A DNA stretch of 64,000 bases. Origin: Sandaracinaceae bacterium (GTDB lineage: Bacteria; Myxococcota_A; Polyangia; Polyangiales; Sandaracinaceae). Below are positions 57,770 through 64,000 of the stretch, in pieces. The notes under the pieces were generated by a model. The model had not been told where the DNA came from. It did no database searches and was given only the letters and a program-made list of their open reading frames with translations. The translations under genes and the position numbers were made by a program. Position 1 is the first letter of the stretch. Each line of letters begins with the position of its first letter. The stretch spans positions 81,413-145,412 of the forward strand of contig JBGAQA010000004.1 of NCBI GenBank assembly GCA_044220955.1, read 5' to 3'.

Positions 57770-59641
57770 TCAGTGGGCGCCGCGCCGCGCGGGCCGGCGA
57801 TCGTGCCGGACGCGCTCGAGGGCGCGCGCCTCGTTGGCGATCACGCCGTTGAACGGCGGCGCGATCGCGTCGCCGGTCGCGAGCATGATCTCGATCGTGC
57901 GCGCCGGCGTGAGCGCCGGGTCGAGCGAGATCATCTTCGCCGCCAGGTTCGCGGCGTTCGGCGACGCCATGCTCGTCCCGCTCAGCGGGACGTGCTCGCC
58001 GCTCGGGATCACGCTGTCGACCTCGACGCCGAAGTCGAAGAGGCGCACGTGCTCGGGGTTGCTGTTCGTGAAGGTCGCCCAGTTGCCGAAGCGGTCGACC
58101 GCGCCGACGACCAGCAGGTTCGGGGCGCTCAGCGAGGCCGCGACGTCTCCGTACTCGACGACGTCGCGGTTGGAGTTGCCGGCCGCGATCACGAAGAGCG
58201 TGTCGGGGCAGTGCGCGAAGATCCACGCCCACTCGGCGCGGCGCGCCTCCTGGATCTCGGCGGCGCGCGTGCGGACGGCGTCGTCGCTCTCGTAGCGGTC
58301 GCCCTCGTAGCGGAGCTCGGCCTCCACGTAGTCGCGCGCGAAGCCGAGCGAGGCGTTCACGACGCGCACGTGGTTCTCGTTGATGTACGCGGCGATCGCC
58401 TCGACGTTCGCCTGCTCCGCGGCGAGCTCGTCGGCGCTCGGGCCGCGGTGGTGGTAGACGCGCGCCTCGCCCGCCCACGCCGAGCGGAAGATCGCGATGC
58501 GCGCCTGCGGCAGCCCCGCGAGCATGAGGCCCGCGACGTGCGAGCCGTGAGCCCACTCGCCGATCGCGTCGAGGTTCGTCTCGAGGTGGTCGAGGCTCTC
58601 GGCGTCGGTCGCGCTGCGCATGAGCGCGAGCACCCGCTGCGCCGCCTCCGTGCTCGCCATCCCCGCGCGCAGGTCCATCACGCCGCGCAGGAAGGGACCG
58701 TACTCGGCGAGCGTGGCCGCGCCCGGGTCGTACATCAGGGCGGTCTGCGCCGGATCGGGGTCCGAGGCGACGCCGTGCGAGCCGTCGGCGGCGGTGAAGA
58801 GCCGGTCGCCGAGCGGCGCGCCCTCGCCGAACAGCGACGGCGCGGTGCCCGTGTCCCAGACCGCGACGAGGACCGGCTGCGCGTCGCGCGCGCCCGCGAG
58901 GTCGACGGTGGAGAACGCGAAGTCGGGGTCGGCCGGTCGCGCGTCGTTCTCCGCGCGCACCACGCCGATGGCGTCGAGGTAGGTCTGCCGCGCGCCGACG
59001 ACGTCGGCGAGCACGTGCGACGCGAAGAGCGCGCTCACGGCCGTGTCGAGCGAGACGAGCTGCCCGTGCACGTCGTCGAGCGCCGCGTCGATCTGCGCAC
59101 GCTCCTGGTAGATCTGGAAGACGACCGTGGAGGCGCCGAAGCGCGCGCGCGGCAGCTCGCGCAGGATCGTGGCGACGGCGGTCTGCTGCGCGGCGGCGTC
59201 ACCCCCGGCGTGCGCGCGGGCGATGACCGAGAGAAGCGTGGTTCCGACGAACGCGTTGTTGCGGTTGCGCGCGTGGGCCCGTACGACGCGCACGGTCCGC
59301 TCGGCCGAGTCCAGCTCGCCCGCCGCGAGATCTGCGATCGCGAGGTGCAGCATCTGCTCGCAGGCGCGGTCGCCCAGCGTCGGCGCCGACTCGACCGTCC
59401 AGCTCGCGCGCTCGTCGATGGGCAGCTCGGGCTCCGCCTCGCGGACGCGCGCGATCGACTGCTCGCGCACCAGCGCGACGAGCCTCGCGTCGTCCAGGCC
59501 CTCCCACGGAGAGGCGGGCGCCGCCGTCTCGGTGCCGGTCGTCTCGGCCGCGGTCGTGGTGGTCGTCGTGTCGCTGGGGCTCGACCCGCCGCAGGCGACG
59601 AGCAGGAGCGCGAGCAAGTGGGCGCGGAGGCTGTGGCTCAT
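57770..59641 (-). CDS. S8 subtilisin-family serine protease lipoprotein
   Basis: Lipobox LVA-C; catalytic triad VAVWDTG, HGSHVAG, SGTSMASP; oxyanion AAGNS. Confidence 0.92.
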   Translation of the reverse strand: MSHSLRAHLLALLLVACGGSSPSDTTTTTTAAETTGTETAAPASPWEGLDDARLVALVREQSIARVREAEPELPIDERASWTVESAPTLGDRACEQMLHLAIADLAAGELDSAERTVRVVRAHARNRNNAFVGTTLLSVIARAHAGGDAAAQQTAVATILRELPRARFGASTVVFQIYQERAQIDAALDDVHGQLVSLDTAVSALFASHVLADVVGARQTYLDAIGVVRAENDARPADPDFAFSTVDLAGARDAQPVLVAVWDTGTAPSLFGEGAPLGDRLFTAADGSHGVASDPDPAQTALMYDPGAATLAEYGPFLRGVMDLRAGMASTEAAQRVLALMRSATDAESLDHLETNLDAIGEWAHGSHVAGLMLAGLPQARIAIFRSAWAGEARVYHHRGPSADELAAEQANVEAIAAYINENHVRVVNASLGFARDYVEAELRYEGDRYESDDAVRTRAAEIQEARRAEWAWIFAHCPDTLFVIAAGNSNRDVVEYGDVAASLSAPNLLVVGAVDRFGNWATFTNSNPEHVRLFDFGVEVDSVIPSGEHVPLSGTSMASPNAANLAAKMISLDPALTPARTIEIMLATGDAIAPPFNGVIANEARALERVRHDRRPARRGAH

Positions 59642-59718
59642 GGCGCGCTAGGGAAGCGCGGTAACGGCCCCGCCGCAAGGGGCGTCGTCATCGTACGAGG
59701 GGGGCTCGGGGTCCTCCC

Positions 59719-60034
59719 TCGCGCGGCTGCTCGGACGCGGATCCGACCGACCCCATGGGACAGGGGCGCTCGTGTGGCGCAGGGGGCGGCGGTTCGCACC
59801 CGTGCAGCGACTTCGATCCGCAGGATCCGGGGGGCCAGGGGCGCGGCTGCCACACGGGTGGACCCTGCAGCGACGTGGACCCGAGCGATCCGGCCGGCGC
59901 CGCTCGCTAGTGCCCGGGCGGGGCCGGCGGCGGGTGCCGCGGCGCGGCACGGCCGGGGAGGCGGGGGCGGCGCGAGCCGCGGGTGTAGCGACAGCGAGCC
60001 GAGCGATCCCGGCGGCATGGGCCGGCGCTGCTGA
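59719..60034 (+). pseudogene. Disrupted gene for a CSDxDPxDPxGxGRxC repeat peptide
   Basis: Four peptide repeats: three in one frame (third interrupted by TAG 59908-59910) and a fourth in a shifted frame ending at TGA 60034. Confidence 0.6.
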
Positions 60035-60214
60035 CGCGGGCCTGGATCTAGCCAGGGTGAATCTTCGCCCGCCTCGCGCGTCGGACCCCGGTCGGTGGGG
60101 AAGCCCGCGTGAAGGCGGGCGTACCTCTATTTGCTCTCGCTCACCTCCATCCTATCGAACGCCTTGCGCCCCGCGCGGGCATGGGTGAAGAGAGCGAACG
60201 TGTCGGAGGGTTTC

Positions 60215-61465
60215 ATGACGTCGGCTCGCTCGCTCGCCCGCCTCCTCGTGCTCGCTGGTCTCGTCCTCGCGCCGGCCGGCCTCGCCCAGGCGCAGTACGT
60301 GGTGCCGGGGCCACCCGCCTACGGGAGCTTCTCGATCACGATCGGTGACTACACGCCCGGCTTGCTCCACGGCGTGGCGGGCGGGCCCATCTCGCTGAGC
60401 GCCGTCGACAGCTCCTGCCGCGGCACGGCGACCGTGCAGCCGAGCCACGTGCTTCTCGTGGGTGGGCCGACGCAGGTGCGCATCGCCGTGAGCTCCGGCC
60501 AGGACTCCACGCTCATGGTGCAGCTCCCCGACGGACGGCGCCTGTGCAACGACGACTCGATCGGGCTCGACGCGATGATCGAGACGGGCACCATCGCGGG
60601 CCCCATCTACGTCTGGGTGGGCTCGTACAGCGGCGGCAACTTCTCGTACGACCTCAACGTGAGCCAGACGGGCATGGCGCCGCCGCCCTCGGGCGCGTTC
60701 GGCCCGGGCGGCATCCCGCTCGACTGCGGGATGTCGCGCGCCGTGTACGGCTCGCTCCGCGCGGGGGACACCATCTTCCTCGGCGCGCACTCGCCCTGGT
60801 CGGGCCCGGACGGACAGGGCGGCTACGTGTCGGGCGACACGAACTGGGCGGACGATATGGGTCGCTACGTCGGTCAGCCGACGGCCATCACCTCGTTCGA
60901 GGGGCTCGACTCGGCGGGCTGCGCGGTGGTGCACGTCGCCGTCGACGGCGGCCAGTATTACTGGCGCATCCGTGACGCGCGGCTCGCGTACGGGGCGCCA
61001 TCGCCGCCGGTCGTGGTGGCGCCTCCGCCGGTCATCGCGCCGCCCGTCATCGTCGCGCCGCCGAGCACCGCGATCCGCGTGACGCTCGAGCCCCGGACGC
61101 CCGTCACGCTCTTCGCTCCCGGCATCACGACGCCCACCGTGGCGGTGTGGTCCCCGCGCGGCGGCTCGCCCGTGGAGTTCGCGACGGCCTCGCGTGGTGG
61201 CGGGCTCGTGATCAGCGCCACGGTCGGCGGCATGGTCACGCAGCTCGTCGAGATCCCGGCGGCGCTCGCCAGCACGGCGGTCGTCACCGCGACGCGCCGC
61301 CCCGACGGCAAGGTGCTCTTCCGCGCGGAGCGCGCGCCCGAGGGCATCGACCCCGGCCAGCAGATGCTCCTGCTCGTGCAGTGGGATCGGGCCACGAGCG
61401 CGCCCGCGATCGCGTCGCAGTGGATCGGCACATTCACCGACCGCGCGCCCGGCTGGGCCCGCTGA
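60215..61465 (+). CDS. Secreted protein with PPC-like domain
   Basis: GGAGG RBS, signal peptide AQA-Q; CRG...PSH...DSTLMVQLPDGRRLCNDD; Pro-rich linker. Confidence 0.75.
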   Translation: MTSARSLARLLVLAGLVLAPAGLAQAQYVVPGPPAYGSFSITIGDYTPGLLHGVAGGPISLSAVDSSCRGTATVQPSHVLLVGGPTQVRIAVSSGQDSTLMVQLPDGRRLCNDDSIGLDAMIETGTIAGPIYVWVGSYSGGNFSYDLNVSQTGMAPPPSGAFGPGGIPLDCGMSRAVYGSLRAGDTIFLGAHSPWSGPDGQGGYVSGDTNWADDMGRYVGQPTAITSFEGLDSAGCAVVHVAVDGGQYYWRIRDARLAYGAPSPPVVVAPPPVIAPPVIVAPPSTAIRVTLEPRTPVTLFAPGITTPTVAVWSPRGGSPVEFATASRGGGLVISATVGGMVTQLVEIPAALASTAVVTATRRPDGKVLFRAERAPEGIDPGQQMLLLVQWDRATSAPAIASQWIGTFTDRAPGWAR

Positions 61466-61502
61466 GGTCGATCCCCCCGCGGGGCGGTGAGCCAACACGG
61501 GG

Positions 61503-62729
61503 TCAGAGACGGTCCCAGCCGATCGCCGTGACGCGGTCCGTGAGCTGCTGCGGCGCGGCGCAGCGACAGACGACGAGGCCGCGCCTGGAGCGCTTCGGAT
61601 GCTCGTCGAGGAAGGTCTCGAGGTGTCGTGCGTCCTCGGGCCGCGGCCGCTCGGTCCACTTCACCTCGATCGGGATGTCCTCGCGAGCGCTCTCCCAGAC
61701 GTAGTCGACCTCGGCGCCGGTCGTCGTCCGCCAGAAGCTCACCCGATGCGGTCGACCGAGGTAGCTCGCGCGTGCGATCAGCTCCTGGCCCACCCACTGC
61801 TCGAGGAGGCGTCCCCCGTCGTCGCCCGAGATGCGGGCGTCGAGCGAGCGACCGGCGGCGCCGTTCCGGACGCCGACGTCTAAGAAGAGGAAGCGCGGCG
61901 TCGTGAGGAGCCGCTTGCGCGACCGGTGTGCGTAGGCCTCGACGAACGTCCCGATGAACGTGTCCACGAGCACCTGGTAGTAGGTCGACAGCGTGCTCGC
62001 GGGCACACCGCTCTCCTGGGAGAGCTTGCGGAGGTTGATCTGCCCGCCGGCTTCGGTCGCGGCCAGGCGCAGGAACACGACGAACGGACCGATCTCGCGA
62101 ACGAGAGCCTCTCGCCGGATCTCCTCCTCGAGATAGACCTGCGCGTAGGTCTCCAGCGTCGCGGCCGCGGTCGCGCGCGGCTCGGCGAGAATCCCGGGCA
62201 GCGAGCCGAGCTGCAGCAGTCGCTCGAGACGCGGTCGCGGAAAGCCGCCGGGCGGCGGCGCCCAGCCTCGCGGCGCGCCGATCGCCAGCGCGGCAGCCTG
62301 CGCGAACTCCCATGCACAGACGGGATGGATGTGCATCGTGTGGCTTCGTCCCGGCAGCAGGTTCGTGGCGCGGGCTCGCAGGCGCCGCGCCGAGCTGCCG
62401 GTGAGGAAGTACTGACGCGCTCGGGGCGCTGCATCGTGGAGGGTCTGGATCTCGTCGAGCAGCGCCGGGACCTTCTGGATCTCGTCGAGCACGACGTTCT
62501 CGATGGCCTTCGGAAGGGCACGGATCTCCCGGGAGAGCGCGGCCGGGTCCGCCTCGAAGCGGAGCCGCAGGCTGGCGTCCGCGAGGTCGTAGACCCGCGT
62601 GCGCTCGCGGGGGAGCGCGTGGCGCAGCAGGCTGGACTTGCCCGTCTGTCGTGCGCCGAAGAGAAACCGCACCTTGTTCCGCGACACGCTGCCGAGCAGG
62701 CGCGTCTCGAGCACGCGAGGCCGGTACAT
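61503..62729 (-). CDS. AAA_14/DUF4143 ATP-binding protein with C-terminal PD-(D/E)XK-like domain
   Basis: GARQTGKS, VLDEIQK, LTGSS, LPGR, FWRTTTGAEVDYV...IEVK. Confidence 0.88.
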   Translation of the reverse strand: MYRPRVLETRLLGSVSRNKVRFLFGARQTGKSSLLRHALPRERTRVYDLADASLRLRFEADPAALSREIRALPKAIENVVLDEIQKVPALLDEIQTLHDAAPRARQYFLTGSSARRLRARATNLLPGRSHTMHIHPVCAWEFAQAAALAIGAPRGWAPPPGGFPRPRLERLLQLGSLPGILAEPRATAAATLETYAQVYLEEEIRREALVREIGPFVVFLRLAATEAGGQINLRKLSQESGVPASTLSTYYQVLVDTFIGTFVEAYAHRSRKRLLTTPRFLFLDVGVRNGAAGRSLDARISGDDGGRLLEQWVGQELIARASYLGRPHRVSFWRTTTGAEVDYVWESAREDIPIEVKWTERPRPEDARHLETFLDEHPKRSRRGLVVCRCAAPQQLTDRVTAIGWDRL

Positions 62730-62735
62730 GATCCA

Positions 62736-62771
62736 AGAATAATGCGGGATAATCCACAAGTCGATGTGGAT
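62736..62771 (-). promoter_or_regulatory. Sigma70-like leaderless promoter with operator-like inverted repeat
   Basis: TCGACT-N17-TATTCT-N6-ATG; ATCCACA-N6-TGTGGAT brackets the -35. Confidence 0.6.
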
Positions 62772-62783
62772 ATTCAGACGGCG

Positions 62784-63461
62784 TCAGCGCCCCCGTCGCG
62801 CGGGCACCCTCGCGAGCCACACGACGTGGCGCGTGCCCCGCTCGCCGTGCGCGCGCGGGTGCTTCACCTTCACGTCGAAGCCCACGTTCTCGAGCCGCCG
62901 CCGGAACGCGTGCTCGTCGCCCGCGGACCACACGGCGAAGACGCCGCCGGGCGTGAGGGCCGCCATCGTGCGGCGCAGCGCGGGCTCCCCGTAGAGGTTG
63001 GCGTTGCCGGGCGCCGAGAGCGCAGCGGGGCCGTTGTCCACGTCGAGCAGGATCGCGTCGTAGGTGCCGGGCGCCTCGGCGATCACGCGCGCGACGTCCT
63101 TCACGATCACGGTGACGCGGCGGTCCTCGAGCGGCCGGCGCGCGAGGTGCGCCAGCGCCCCGCGGTTCCAGTCGACGATCTCGGGGACGAACTCGGAGAC
63201 GTCCACGCGCGCCGCGGGCGAGACGAGGTCGAGCGTCGTCCGCAGCGTGTAGCCGAGGCCGAGCCCGCCGATGAGCAAGCGCGCCTTCGGCCCGAGCCCC
63301 TCGCACGCAAGCGTGGCGAGCGCGTCCTCCGACGCGTGGTGCCGGCTGCTCATCAGCTCCGCGTTGTCGACGCGGATGACGAACGTGTCGTCGCGCTGCA
63401 CGAGCGTCATCTTGGCGCCGCCGGGCGCGATCGCGGAGGCGAGGGTGACCCAGGGCTTCAT
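62784..63461 (-). CDS. Spermidine-synthase-like SAM-dependent methyltransferase
   Basis: LMSSR..SEDALA, LIGGLGLGYT, YDAILLDVDNGP, GVFAVWSA. Confidence 0.85.
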   Translation of the reverse strand: MKPWVTLASAIAPGGAKMTLVQRDDTFVIRVDNAELMSSRHHASEDALATLACEGLGPKARLLIGGLGLGYTLRTTLDLVSPAARVDVSEFVPEIVDWNRGALAHLARRPLEDRRVTVIVKDVARVIAEAPGTYDAILLDVDNGPAALSAPGNANLYGEPALRRTMAALTPGGVFAVWSAGDEHAFRRRLENVGFDVKVKHPRAHGERGTRHVVWLARVPARRGR

Positions 63462-63514
63462 CGCGCCGTGTGGTGCGCGACAGCGCACGAGAGCGCAAGG
63501 CGCATGCGCGCCCC

Positions 63515-63961
63515 TCAGCGGACCAGGACCCAGCGGCCCGGGATCAGCACCCAGCCCCGACGCTGGTGCACCCAGTGCGTCTGTCGCCAGTGGTGATGCG
63601 GGGGAGGGCTCGCCCAGCGTCCATCGGTCCAGACGTGCGTCTGACCGTCCCACGCCCAGTAGCCCTCGATCCACACCGCGGTGGGCATCGGCGGGAGCGG
63701 CGGTACGACGACCCGTGGAGCAGGTGGAGCGACGCGGACGACGATCGCGGGGGGAACGACCCGCGGTGGTGACGGCGCCGGGACGACGACTGCCGGCGGA
63801 GTCGCGACGACGACCGCCGGAGCCGGTGGAGCCGCGGGGGGATGGCCGGCGTGTGCACGACGGTGCCCGTGCCCGTGGCCGGGTTGCGCGAGAGCGTGGG
63901 GCGCTCCGGCGACGGGGAGCGCGAGGAAGAGCAGGCTCGAGACGAGGAGTGAGGGGCGCAT
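63515..63961 (-). CDS. Secreted YXWGXW-repeat protein
   Basis: Signal peptide, Pro-rich region, VWIEGYWAW...VWTDGRW...WVLIPGRW. Confidence 0.8.
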   Translation of the reverse strand: MRPSLLVSSLLFLALPVAGAPHALAQPGHGHGHRRAHAGHPPAAPPAPAVVVATPPAVVVPAPSPPRVVPPAIVVRVAPPAPRVVVPPLPPMPTAVWIEGYWAWDGQTHVWTDGRWASPPPHHHWRQTHWVHQRRGWVLIPGRWVLVR

Positions 63962-64000
63962 GGGTCCTTTCGGGCGTACGCGGGGCCACACCGGAGCGAT

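Noticed and set aside
59908..59910. In-frame TAG as pyrrolysine or programmed readthrough
   Set aside because: It is accompanied by a frameshift and a missing start, and no pyl genes are seen; decay or sequence error is simpler.

Overview
Very GC-rich, gene-dense chromosomal segment that looks myxobacterial (Myxococcota, probably Polyangiales/Sandaracinaceae-like). The inference rests on an FHA-sigma54 activator, three membrane Ser/Thr kinases with PEGA/TPR partners, many Cys-rich lipoproteins with Asp-Ala-Gly linkers, and a TraB-like TSP3 barrel. About 55 genes are called. Most long ORFs in the supplied track are GC-rich shadow frames, so many starts were re-called. Housekeeping genes: a mycobacterial-Sdh1-type succinate dehydrogenase operon, hemW-ccmA-ccmB, a phosphomannomutase, panB-panC, an S1/RpsA paralogue, gltA and sthA. 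Accessory content: three paralogous Cys-rich lipoproteins with 4, 9 and 15 repeats and a shared C-terminal tip, next to a sigma54 promoter and an 18-bp palindrome; a plant-type cyclopropylsterol isomerase (CPI1) homologue and a steroid 5-alpha-reductase; a His-rich lipoprotein/TolC/two-domain copper oxidase/ChrA operon; an orphan McrB with altered motifs; a LexA-box-preceded hypothetical gene; and a decayed CSDxDPxDPxGxGRxC repeat-peptide gene in an apparent intergenic gap. No rRNA, tRNA, CRISPR array or transposase was seen. Family assignments come from motif recognition by eye, not database searches.
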